This document shows positions 26,456 through 35,391 of a stretch of 64,000 nt of DNA, one piece after another. Each line of letters starts with the position of its first letter. Within the stretch, counting starts at the first letter, position 1. The stretch is taken from IMG/VR virus record IMGVR_UViG_3300029288_000007, positions 1 through 64,000 of that record, one strand, 5' to 3'. The notes beneath the pieces are model-generated. The model saw only the letters and a program-made list of their open reading frames with translations. It was not told the DNA's origin and made no database searches. This stretch comes from a virus. Taxonomy: Duplodnaviria; Caudoviricetes. The position numbers and the translations under genes were made by a program.

Positions 26456-27385
26456 TTATAGCAATTCTTTTTCTATCCTTACCCGGTTATAAACACCGCT
26501 CATCCTGTAACCATATTGATGACTGGTGCGGTTCAAAACCCATGTCAAATAAAAAATATCCTTTGGCTTGACCCCTTTCCCTTTTAAGATATCCTCATAC
26601 ATCCGGTTGTAAAGGTCTTGCATATCAATCTTCATGAGGTCAAGAGTTTGTTTGCCCGGCCTTGAAGGAATGAAAAAGTCTGTTGTCATGCCCATGCCGA
26701 TTGGACGTTGTTTCCATGTAGTCGCCCCCAAACTTTCTGCAATTGCCGCCCTATCCCCCCGCATACGATAAATCTCAAAATCATCAATGGTAACCGTTTC
26801 TGCTTTAGTCATTCCCTGCCATTGGATTTCCCTGACCTGTTGTCCATTCATCAATACTTCGCCCTCAAAATCAGCATCCAGCCTGATTGCCAAGTCGATA
26901 TAATGAATGAAAAACTCATAGATATTGCCGCCAGCCTGAAAAGGGTCTCCCTTCCATGACTCAAAGAACTTCTTATCCCGAACCATTACCGCTTTGACCA
27001 AATCAGCCTTTTCTGGCAAGTCATTTATCCAGCGCAATTGCAAAACAACATTTATACGGTCATCATCAATAATTGGCTCCCACGGCAGGCATAATGGTTT
27101 CTCGCAAATGATTTGCGCGTCAGTTTCTTGTAAAATCATTTTGCAATAATTCCTATGGGTGTTGTTTGGACTACAGATAACCACGTAATCGTTTTTGGTC
27201 AAGCTTTTCAAATTGGAGGGATACAATTTGTTCATCTGTATCGGAAGCCCAGTCAACCCGGTGTAATATTTCTCTTCAATCAGCGCCGGGTCATAAATAC
27301 CAACCAATTCTCCTTCCACATACTCAATGGCCTTTTTATGCCGCTGAGCAATAATCCCATCCCCTATCAAGAAAAATCTTTTCAT
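26456..27385 (-). CDS. Gfo/Idh/MocA oxidoreductase (WbpB/WlbA-like UDP-GlcNAcA 3-dehydrogenase)
   Basis: FFLIG.G.IA.RH..AI, ICSPN..H, ICEKPL, VLQLR, IHY.D. Confidence 0.85.
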   Translation of the reverse strand: MKRFFLIGDGIIAQRHKKAIEYVEGELVGIYDPALIEEKYYTGLTGLPIQMNKLYPSNLKSLTKNDYVVICSPNNTHRNYCKMILQETDAQIICEKPLCLPWEPIIDDDRINVVLQLRWINDLPEKADLVKAVMVRDKKFFESWKGDPFQAGGNIYEFFIHYIDLAIRLDADFEGEVLMNGQQVREIQWQGMTKAETVTIDDFEIYRMRGDRAAIAESLGATTWKQRPIGMGMTTDFFIPSRPGKQTLDLMKIDMQDLYNRMYEDILKGKGVKPKDIFYLTWVLNRTSHQYGYRMSGVYNRVRIEKELL

Positions 27386-27971
27386 ATCTGGCCTTCCTTT
27401 GCTTTAAAAAGCCGATAACATAGTGCGTTATTGAAAAGATGAATTCCCATCAAATAACGATTTCTAATTACCATATTCGCTCCTTCTCTTTCCCTATTTT
27501 TAATGGGATAAATTGAAATCTTAAAAAAGAAGAAGACAAATGAAAATTCTAATTGCAAATCGTTTTTGATTTCTTTTGACATAGGGCCATTTATACAAAA
27601 GAAGAAAATTAAATAAGAACCAAGGGCAATTTTTATGTTTACAAAGCCAAAACGCAATGCCTCGTAATACTCCTTGAACAAATCCAGAGCCATCAAAAGA
27701 AATAAAGTTTCAAAATGGAAACTAAAACGTAAATATTTTCTCACGTGGGCAATCCTCCTACCTTTTCTTTTTATCGTCAAAGTACCCAGTAAGCGCAAGA
27801 AGGCCCAACAAGCCGGTCATCTTTCCTGGATTAAAATAACTGCCAACTCTCTGCTGGGTCAAAGAGCCGGACTTTTTCTCGGGAATTGACGGTTCTTCTT
27901 TGGTTTGCCGGGCCATTGCTGCGGCTATTCTTTTTTCTCTGCGGTCTGACTTTTTCCCCATTGTCAAACCT

Positions 27972-28256
27972 CTAAAATTTCATATAAACATCTTTTGCCG
28001 GGAAGGGGAGTCTAAGCCTTTTGCATTCCTTCAAAAATTTCCGGTCAAGGTAATTCGGCTTGCCAATGGTGAAAAGAATTTCAACCGGGCCGCGCTTATG
28101 ACAGGCCCTTTTATAAGTTCTCCTTGTGGCGACAATGCGCAGGTCGTTACTTAAATACTTTGTTGCTTTCCGCGCTTTATGTTTGATAATGCAACGCGCC
28201 AATGCCGGGAAATACTTTGTCAACGACTCATAATCACAACCATTCGTTTTCTTCAT
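27972..28256 (-). CDS. Basic hypothetical protein
   Basis: 94-aa ORF in a tightly packed run. Confidence 0.55.
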   Translation of the reverse strand: MKKTNGCDYESLTKYFPALARCIIKHKARKATKYLSNDLRIVATRRTYKRACHKRGPVEILFTIGKPNYLDRKFLKECKRLRLPFPAKDVYMKF

Positions 28257-28443
28257 TTGTCAATTCCTCCTTCAATTCCTTTTCATATTTCTCCTTTGCC
28301 TCATTCCAACCTTCAGCAAAGCTTTCATAATAGTTCCCCAATTTCCCTTTTTGATAAGGATTGCATTCCTCCATTATAAGTTCCGGAGAAAAGGCATCTC
28401 TTCCTTCCCTGCGGAGTCTTGATGGCGTTTTATGTCCTTTCAT
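28234..28443 (-). CDS. Hypothetical protein
   Basis: Preceded by promoter motif 1 (28462-28471) and GAGG SD. Confidence 0.6.
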   Translation of the reverse strand: MKGHKTPSRLRREGRDAFSPELIMEECNPYQKGKLGNYYESFAEGWNEAKEKYEKELKEELTNEENEWL

Positions 28444-28720
28444 TGTTTTCCTCTAAACTTAATTATACTCCTGAATAGATAAATCCAAAAGCTTTTATTT
28501 TGGCCCGGGCCTTACCACCAGAAAAGAGAATAAAATATAAAGCCCCAAACGATTAAGTTTGCCAATATGATTGTCTTGATTACTGGGATACCATTTATAA
28601 AAATATCCATTCCCCAAGCGGACTCCCAAAATCCAAAACCGCTCACCGAAATCTCAATGGCTTTAAATTGAAATCTTTTTTTATCCTTCTTTAATAATGG
28701 AAGAAATCTCCCCAAGGTCG

Positions 28721-29263
28721 TCATTGCTCTTTCTCCTCATACCATTTTGTTCTTAATAGGTTATGAGTGGCGACGGCGGTAAAGGCCAGATAATCAACGC
28801 CCATCCTGCCACCATGTTTTTCTGATTCATTTAAGTCCCCTCCCTTTTGCGGAACAAAAGCATACAATGACGTTTCCAAAAAAGCGGCGGCAACATATCC
28901 CTTTGTAAAATCATGCTGCCTGGTAGCTGGGAAGGTTGTCAATAATAGCCCAACCGCGTTTTGCATTAAAAAACCGGCCCGGGCAAAACCCTTTCCTTCA
29001 TTCATGGAATGGCCTTTTTCAAGGTCTTCAGATAATCCATCTAGTTTAACATCCAACCCTTTACTGGCCGCAAAAACATAATGCCCAGCAGTATGAGCGG
29101 CAATAGAAGTGACCGCGCCGAGAGCAACCATCTTCCAGTCCATCTTTTCAATGGCCTTCATATTTATCCCAAAGAAGTAAAAATCGGTTTGTTCAAAAGT
29201 ATCAGCCTGAGCATTTAAAGACAAAAACAAAACAAACATTACTGCCAATAATAATTTTTTCAT
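28721..29263 (-). CDS. Secreted/membrane protein
   Basis: Signal peptide MKKLLLAVMFVLFLSLNAQA; further hydrophobic segments. Confidence 0.7.
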   Translation of the reverse strand: MKKLLLAVMFVLFLSLNAQADTFEQTDFYFFGINMKAIEKMDWKMVALGAVTSIAAHTAGHYVFAASKGLDVKLDGLSEDLEKGHSMNEGKGFARAGFLMQNAVGLLLTTFPATRQHDFTKGYVAAAFLETSLYAFVPQKGGDLNESEKHGGRMGVDYLAFTAVATHNLLRTKWYEEKEQ

Positions 29264-29277
29264 TTCTTGTTCTCCTT

Positions 29278-29817
29278 TTACCTTGCTATCTTTTTTGGTT
29301 CTACAAAATTATCATTCAAAAGAAACTTTGCGTTCATGATTCTCAAATCAGCCATGTTGTCAACATCCGTAACCAATTTGTCCAGAACAGCGTTACTTCC
29401 AATCTGAATCTTCATGATAATGGTATCTTTGCAAGCTTCCAGGTTGGCAACCGCAGCTTCATATTCCGCCATTTCCCGGTTATACTTTTCCAGGGCAACA
29501 ACATATCCCGGAGGAAGAACAAAAATACTTTCCGCCTTTAAAGTAACCGTAAAATCATGGCGAGTCCTTCTTTGCCTTCTGTAATTATACTCTTCATCCT
29601 CGCTGACAAGCGCATCCTTTGGGCCAAAATCCAGAACCTTCTTTTTGATTTGAGCCTTTAATTCCTCAATGTCAACGTACCGGATTGAATCATCCAACAC
29701 GGCGGCAACCAAATAATTATTCAAAGATGGCCGAACTGGCTCTTTCAATTTATCTGCTTGTTTTTCAAAAGTCCTTTCAACTTGCGCAATCAAGAATTTT
29801 CTCTGGTCCTGATTCAT
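29278..29817 (-). CDS. Hypothetical protein
   Basis: 179-aa ORF with SD. Confidence 0.65.
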   Translation of the reverse strand: MNQDQRKFLIAQVERTFEKQADKLKEPVRPSLNNYLVAAVLDDSIRYVDIEELKAQIKKKVLDFGPKDALVSEDEEYNYRRQRRTRHDFTVTLKAESIFVLPPGYVVALEKYNREMAEYEAAVANLEACKDTIIMKIQIGSNAVLDKLVTDVDNMADLRIMNAKFLLNDNFVEPKKIAR

Positions 29818-29973
29818 TTTCCTTCCCCTTTCAAAGCATCGTCGAGCTCATTTTTTAAAAGCTCTACAATAAGATTTTCTACCTCAAACAAAAAAAACAT
29901 GATAAGATTTTGTTTGAGAAAGTTCTTCAATCCTTATCATGGCTTCAATTTTCTTGTCTTCGTCTTCGCTCAT
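29814..29973 (-). pseudogene. Small ORF broken by one extra base in a homopolymer (A8 at 29890-29897)
   Basis: Removing one base gives MSEDEDKKIE...HVFLFEVENLIVELLKNELDDALKGEGK*, ending in an ATGA overlap with 29817. Confidence 0.55.
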
Positions 29974-29985
29974 TCCATCCCCTTT

Positions 29986-30174
29986 TTACAATTCCAATTT
30001 TAATTTAACAGCGTAAATTTCCCCGGGAGGCTGTTTTCCAATAATCTCGCGTCTGCCTATTTTCAAATCGGCGACCCTCAACCCGGTTGCCAGTTCCAGC
30101 CCGAATAAAATGTTGAAAATTTGCTCTTCCGCATTTTCTTTTAATTCAAAAGCTGCTTTTATTTCCATTTGCAT
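29986..30174 (-). CDS. Hypothetical protein
   Basis: Preceded by promoter motif 1 (30191-30200). Confidence 0.55.
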   Translation of the reverse strand: MQMEIKAAFELKENAEEQIFNILFGLELATGLRVADLKIGRREIIGKQPPGEIYAVKLKLEL

Positions 30175-30220
30175 TTCCTTCCTTAAACTTATTATACTCC
30201 CAAATGCATTTTATCAAAAA

Positions 30221-30892
30221 TTAATTTTCATACCGGCCAATTTCTTCTGGAGAAATTTTCAACCCCCAAAAATCATCACTGCAACCTAATCTATATTGAG
30301 GATTGTAAACAATTCTGTTTATTCTTTTCCATGTAAACCAAAGCATGGCCTGAAGTTGATTTGGTATCAGCCCATTCCGCCGGGCTACCTTTTTAAAATC
30401 ATTCGCAATGATATCATACTGGCCGCTCTTTACCATGGCTGCTTTCATATTTCTAGCTTTGCCAAACCAGATATTATGCATGTGGCCATCAATGGTGATA
30501 TACTGTTTGTCTTTTGGAGCAAGGATAGAACAATAAAAATTCCTTATCTTTGGCCCTTTTGTTTCCACAAGGAAATCCTTATTACCAACCACATAATCGT
30601 AGGCCCGGTGAAGACAGTGCCGGTATGTGCTTGTCTTGATTTTGTTGAGTGGCGTTCCCGCATTTATCCCATAAAGTAAGGTTGCTGTTGACTTTAAATT
30701 TCCTTTGTAATCATTGTTTGGAGATAATGAAACAAATGCAGCAACCGTCTGGACAAACCCAGTTCTGTAATAATCAGCAATGCTTTTCATTAAGTCATGA
30801 TAATTCTGATAAGCAACAAGACCTTCTTTTCTGTCTGTCGCGTCAACTTTAGCCAAAACATTTTCTATGTTTGTAATATTGTCTTGCATCAA
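30221..30892 (-). CDS. HhH-glycosylase-like phage protein (DUF7178-like)
   Basis: SLSP, GPKI.NF, ITIDGH, P.QLQA.LW.TW. Confidence 0.65.
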   Translation of the reverse strand: MMQDNITNIENVLAKVDATDRKEGLVAYQNYHDLMKSIADYYRTGFVQTVAAFVSLSPNNDYKGNLKSTATLLYGINAGTPLNKIKTSTYRHCLHRAYDYVVGNKDFLVETKGPKIRNFYCSILAPKDKQYITIDGHMHNIWFGKARNMKAAMVKSGQYDIIANDFKKVARRNGLIPNQLQAMLWFTWKRINRIVYNPQYRLGCSDDFWGLKISPEEIGRYEN

Positions 30893-30941
30893 ATCCCCTT
30901 GCTTTTATCTTACTCCTAAAAACATTATTTCCGCAAAATAT

Positions 30942-32429
30942 TTATGTTCCCCTGACAGAAACCATCCCAGCCTCAATCTTGCGGACTGGATATTCTCTAT
31001 GAATGTAATACCCAACGCTGTCTGTCAAATGACTCAATTCAGGATTCTTCTTTTTGTCAATTTCCCCAGAACCACCTTCAACCAATTGCACGCCTTCAAA
31101 ATCCTTGGCAGTGTACTTTGCTTTACGTGGGTCAACCATCAACCTGATTTTCCCTGATAATGTTAACAGACGAGAATTGACAGAATTTACTCTGTCGCGC
31201 TCGGATGGATTAGCAGCCGGAACATTGAAGAAAACCCTTTCCTGACCATAATGATTGTACAAAATCTTTTTGACCAAATCCCAATCTGTACCAGCAATAC
31301 CAGAAGTCTTTTTTGCTCCGCCGGTGGCATCTCCATAAACCATTATTCTCCCGCGATGACTTCCCCAATCAGAAATTAGTTTTTTGCAAACCATTGGGGT
31401 GTTGCTATTCCTTGGAATATAAACTTCTCCAATGATGCCTGTTATTGTTTCCCCTATCAAGGGCATCTTGGTTCCAATATCATAAACCTGTTTTTCCTGT
31501 AAAACAACGGCCACGCCCGGGGCCACGTTAAAGTCAAAACAGAAAACCAATGGCTGGTCTGGGTCATAATCAATCCGTGCACAATGCGTTCTATCAAGGT
31601 AAGGATAATAAGCGCGACCCTGGAAATTAACAAAAGAAGCCTCATACTCCTGTTGATAAGTTAATTCATCCAAATCCTTTTTGGCTGCATCAATTTCGCT
31701 CGCTGGCAATATGTCTGCGCTTATCCACCAGAAGTAATCCCATTCCCCTGAATCGTTTGCCTGAGCCTCTTTTGCTAAATCATAATAATGATTGCGGCCC
31801 TCTGGCACCCCTATTAAATCGCACCATCCCTGCCTATCAGATAATGCAGGCCTGACATTCTGACCCCAAGCCTGTTTTTTCATATTGCCAAATTCATCTA
31901 ATATTCCGCCATCCCAAGGAGAACCTTCAATGCGCTCGGGTTTGTCCATTCCCAATACCTGAATAATAGACCCATTGTAAAAGTAAATGATTAAATCTGA
32001 TTCGTTTGGCGGCTTTGGTTGAACCCATTTTGGGACAAGCCTTTTTAAATCATCCCAGTAAATTCTCTTTGCCTGGTCTCTTGTGGGCGCGGCGGCAAAG
32101 AACCGGGCATCGTCAAATCTTGTTCCTTTCCGGGCCGCGCTAACCAGCTTTCTTTTTGCCAGTTCTGTTTTACCAGAGCGCCGTCCAGCCGGGTTGACGT
32201 TGAATCTTGCTGGTTTTGTTATTAATCTATATTGTTCAGGATGGTAACGAAGGAATGTCCATCTGCTTGTTAAAAACTCATATTTCTGTTCTGGGAGAAC
32301 TGGTCGTCGTATATTGGAGGCTGACAAGGCTGATTTCTTGTAATGAGGACAATTGGGGTCTTTGGTTTTGCGCCATCTTTCCCTGGCCGCTTCGGAGCGT
32401 GTTCTATTTGACATTTGGCGGCTTCCCAT
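30942..32429 (-). CDS. terL: Terminase large subunit
   Basis: Walker A GRRSGKT, APT..QAK, Walker B ILDE, QEYEASF, nuclease DFN, GDATG, SHLTDSVGY. Confidence 0.95.
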   Translation of the reverse strand: MGSRQMSNRTRSEAARERWRKTKDPNCPHYKKSALSASNIRRPVLPEQKYEFLTSRWTFLRYHPEQYRLITKPARFNVNPAGRRSGKTELAKRKLVSAARKGTRFDDARFFAAAPTRDQAKRIYWDDLKRLVPKWVQPKPPNESDLIIYFYNGSIIQVLGMDKPERIEGSPWDGGILDEFGNMKKQAWGQNVRPALSDRQGWCDLIGVPEGRNHYYDLAKEAQANDSGEWDYFWWISADILPASEIDAAKKDLDELTYQQEYEASFVNFQGRAYYPYLDRTHCARIDYDPDQPLVFCFDFNVAPGVAVVLQEKQVYDIGTKMPLIGETITGIIGEVYIPRNSNTPMVCKKLISDWGSHRGRIMVYGDATGGAKKTSGIAGTDWDLVKKILYNHYGQERVFFNVPAANPSERDRVNSVNSRLLTLSGKIRLMVDPRKAKYTAKDFEGVQLVEGGSGEIDKKKNPELSHLTDSVGYYIHREYPVRKIEAGMVSVRGT

Positions 32430-33027
32430 AAGTGGATTCTATTTCTCTGCCCATTGCAGCAATCTTGCGCGCCATTTCTCCTTCATCAATATTTTTATTT
32501 CCTTCCCAGAACATTCCTAAGTGGCGACCAACATCCACCAATGCACTCTTTTTATCATACGTTTTGAACTTTAAACCAATCCCATACATCCCAGGTTTTA
32601 CTTCAATTTCAGAAATAACTGCAGTTTGCTCCCTAGTTAATTCATTAAAGGGTTTAAGTATAAAGTGATTGCCATCCCAGTTTGCAATGTCTTTTATATT
32701 TTGAAATCCGATTAATGCTAATTCCTTTAGCACCGCTTCTTGTGTTATTTCTGTTCGGGCCGCACGTTCCTCCATCTTTTCTTTTATCATTTGTTGAACG
32801 TCTGGGCGATTATAAGCGCGGTTTGCTTCTGCATTATCTACCCTTGTGTTGCCAGTGATAAACCCGCAGCGTTCCCATGCCCGATGAATATCCAGGTCAA
32901 TTATATATTCGTCCACAAAGCGCTTGGCTTTAAAGTATTTTCTCTGCTTGTTTAGTTTGGCAATAACGCCCGGTTTTAATATTTCATCCTGGGGTTTTTG
33001 GCTTGAATTCTCGCGTTCGATTTTCAT
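32404..33027 (-). CDS. terS: Terminase small subunit
   Basis: FVDEYIIDL, EIT.EAVL.EL..IGF, DK.SAL..GRHLGMF; overlaps terL. Confidence 0.88.
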   Translation of the reverse strand: MKIERENSSQKPQDEILKPGVIAKLNKQRKYFKAKRFVDEYIIDLDIHRAWERCGFITGNTRVDNAEANRAYNRPDVQQMIKEKMEERAARTEITQEAVLKELALIGFQNIKDIANWDGNHFILKPFNELTREQTAVISEIEVKPGMYGIGLKFKTYDKKSALVDVGRHLGMFWEGNKNIDEGEMARKIAAMGREIESTYGKPPNVK

Positions 33028-33058
33028 AAGGGCAAATTTAACCGAAATTTGCCCTTAT
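33026..33058. promoter_or_regulatory. Perfect 14-bp inverted repeat at the terS start
   Basis: ataagggcaaattt-aaccg-aaatttgcccttat. Confidence 0.55.
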
Positions 33059-33147
33059 TTAAAGATATTTTTTTACAATTTGATTATTTTGTATGCGAAT
33101 TGTTCGTTTTTTAGAAAGATTTATTTCAATAAACCATTACATCGCTT

Positions 33148-33363
33148 TTATTCGCCCTTCAAAAACCTATTAATGATTTCCGTATCTCTTGGCGCCGGTT
33201 CCAAACCTAAACTCAATGATTTGCCATAGCATTCATAGTTCCCTTCATTCATTTTGACAAATCCTGCTGATGTAATTCGGCCAGGAAGATTCTCAAACTC
33301 ATTATGAGGCAAATCATCATCGAAAATAACCGGTCTGAAATGATTAACCATTACATATTTCAT
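33148..33363 (-). CDS. Conserved phage hypothetical protein
   Basis: MKYV...H....SAGF....CYG.S.SL...D motif. Confidence 0.7.
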   Translation of the reverse strand: MKYVMVNHFRPVIFDDDLPHNEFENLPGRITSAGFVKMNEGNYECYGKSLSLGLEPAPRDTEIINRFLKGE

Positions 33364-33364
33364 A

Positions 33365-33769
33365 TCAACTAACCTTTCTCAATTCATCATCCGCTTTTCT
33401 TAAAGCAATATTGATATCTTCAATTTTGTCGTTCAATAAACTCTTTTGTCTGATTTTCCTGTATTTAAAGGATTCCAGCGCTTCTTTAATGGTTGGGCAA
33501 GCATATCTTTTTGTGGCGTCCCTCAACACAAATCTTTTAACAGGCGTTAAATTTCCTTCTACTACATAACCATCCCAGCCTAGTATTATCCAAGTGCCTT
33601 TTGGAGTATGTTTCAACACTTCATATTTTTGTTGATAAAGAGTTATGCCATGGCCGGGATAAGGATTGCCCCACTCATCGCAACCTTTTGATACTCTGAA
33701 ATAATCATACCGATAAAAATATTCTTTCATTTCCCCTCTTTGTTTATCTTTTGTAATCTTCTGACCCAT
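33365..33769 (-). CDS. Phage hypothetical protein
   Basis: TPKG.W...KRYACPT..EAL.SF..RK motif. Confidence 0.65.
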   Translation of the reverse strand: MGQKITKDKQRGEMKEYFYRYDYFRVSKGCDEWGNPYPGHGITLYQQKYEVLKHTPKGTWIILGWDGYVVEGNLTPVKRFVLRDATKRYACPTIKEALESFKYRKIRQKSLLNDKIEDINIALRKADDELRKVS

Positions 33770-34094
33770 CCCCGGTTTTCCTAACAGGGACTCCCTTTGA
33801 TTTAAACAACTCTTCTAAATAATCAGCAAAGTCTGAGCCGTGGAAGCTGAATTGCCTTTTGCTGGTTATTAATTGCCAGGCAAACCGGCCATTGTGAAGA
33901 ATGATTTCTTCTCCCTTTATTTCTAGTTTGACTGTTTCATCCTTATGTTCAATTGTTCGGTCTCCTTCTTCTCGTAGAACGGTGCCGCATTCCGGACACC
34001 ATACCTTAGCATAAGGATGGCGAAAGGTATTGGTAGCGCTTCCACAGTTTGGGCATTTCCATAAATTCATGTATTTCATTTTACGTCTCTCCAA
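33744..34094 (-). CDS. Zinc-ribbon protein
   Basis: CPNC...CPEC. Confidence 0.55.
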   Translation of the reverse strand: MERRKMKYMNLWKCPNCGSATNTFRHPYAKVWCPECGTVLREEGDRTIEHKDETVKLEIKGEEIILHNGRFAWQLITSKRQFSFHGSDFADYLEELFKSKGVPVRKTGDGSEDYKR

Positions 34095-34363
34095 TACTTA
34101 TCATCTTGCCTGCATTTAATTGCTTTTCTTTCCTCATACTCTTTCCAAGCATAATTCTTTGCTTCTACTTCAAAGCGGAAAGTATCCCTGCAGAAATGCC
34201 CCTCTTCGCACACCCTGTACCTATTGAGGCATTCGCTATACTCTATCTTAAAACCTTCGGGAACTCCATTCCTCCAAGGGATAATATCCAAACACCACAG
34301 AACCATCAATATCGACAAGAACAAATACAAAAGTCCCCAACCTATAATTTTCTTGTTTTTCAT
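34076..34363 (-). CDS. Hypothetical membrane-anchored protein
   Basis: N-terminal TM segment. Confidence 0.55.
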   Translation of the reverse strand: MKNKKIIGWGLLYLFLSILMVLWCLDIIPWRNGVPEGFKIEYSECLNRYRVCEEGHFCRDTFRFEVEAKNYAWKEYEERKAIKCRQDDKYWRDVK

Positions 34364-34394
34364 CCTATTTCCCCTTTTTTCTTTGTTGATATAG

Positions 34395-34775
34395 TTAATG
34401 TGAACATTTTATCACTCCTTCCCTTATCGCCATTGCGACAAGTTTACAAAAGCGTTCTGGAGAGTAGAAGAGCCAATCTTCTAAGCTATCCCATTTCTCA
34501 TGAGCACCAATCCACTCATCTCTTACAATGTAACTCTTTTTGAATTTTTTATATTCACTTCTATCCACCAACTTTCTGAAGACGTCCATCATGTCCTTGT
34601 CGGTGCAGAAGGTTCGGTTTGTTTTGTAGCGACTTACTTTTTTACCACAGATAATACACTTTTTGGTTTTATCGACAAACAACGCTGAATGACCGTCAAC
34701 ATCATATTCATGCCAGCACTCACCAAGCCACTCGGTCAAGAGTTTGCAATCTTCGGTGGTTAGTTTTTCAGTCAT
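34395..34775 (-). CDS. Phage hypothetical protein
   Basis: GECWH...CIICG pattern. Confidence 0.6.
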   Translation of the reverse strand: MTEKLTTEDCKLLTEWLGECWHEYDVDGHSALFVDKTKKCIICGKKVSRYKTNRTFCTDKDMMDVFRKLVDRSEYKKFKKSYIVRDEWIGAHEKWDSLEDWLFYSPERFCKLVAMAIREGVIKCSH

Positions 34776-34977
34776 TCATCATCTCCTTGATTAAATCTAC
34801 AAATTCTTGTTCAGGTATTTTTATTGATACAGTATCACCTAAACTTCCGTCTTGTTTTGCAAATCCTCTTACTGATATTTCCACCATAGGCTCTATTGAA
34901 GCAACTCTATTTATTGACAAATATGGAGGTTTATCTATTGGCGGTGTCCATGCTAGTAAATTTGTTTTTACACTCAT
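34768..34977 (-). CDS. Hypothetical protein
   Basis: Overlapping start/stop chain. Confidence 0.5.
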   Translation of the reverse strand: MSVKTNLLAWTPPIDKPPYLSINRVASIEPMVEISVRGFAKQDGSLGDTVSIKIPEQEFVDLIKEMMND

Positions 34978-35387
34978 ATCTCAACTCCTTCCTGATGGCA
35001 GAGAGCCATTAGGATTGCTTCGGTGGACGTGCCATAAAAAGATATTTTTTTAGAATTTTCATAGGTATATAAACATACATTACCTTGATTACCTTCATCA
35101 GCTATTCTCCACTTAATCCAATCCAACATTCCCCACAGTCCTCTTTGGTGATTCTCAGCATCAATGGTTTGAGGAATGAGGATAAATCTTTCAATCTTAG
35201 TTGTTTCTATAATATTTATTTTATTTGAAAGATGGTAATAAACCAGTTCTTCATCATATTCTATTTTAACTAATAATCTTAATCCATCTCGTGATGAATA
35301 AAAATAATCTTCAATTTGGTACTCTCCCATCGCCTTCTTAATTAAAGGCTGAAGGACAACATACATCTTTAATTCGTTTTCAGTCAT
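34974..35387 (-). CDS. Phage hypothetical protein
   Basis: 137-aa ORF with ATGA overlap. Confidence 0.55.
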   Translation of the reverse strand: MTENELKMYVVLQPLIKKAMGEYQIEDYFYSSRDGLRLLVKIEYDEELVYYHLSNKINIIETTKIERFILIPQTIDAENHQRGLWGMLDWIKWRIADEGNQGNVCLYTYENSKKISFYGTSTEAILMALCHQEGVEI

Positions 35388-35391
35388 GGCT

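Noticed and set aside
15095-27385. Host O-antigen locus or prophage boundary
   Set aside because: Sugar genes are interleaved with typical phage ORFs, share the phage promoter motifs, lie between terL and portal, and lack wzx/wzy/wzz
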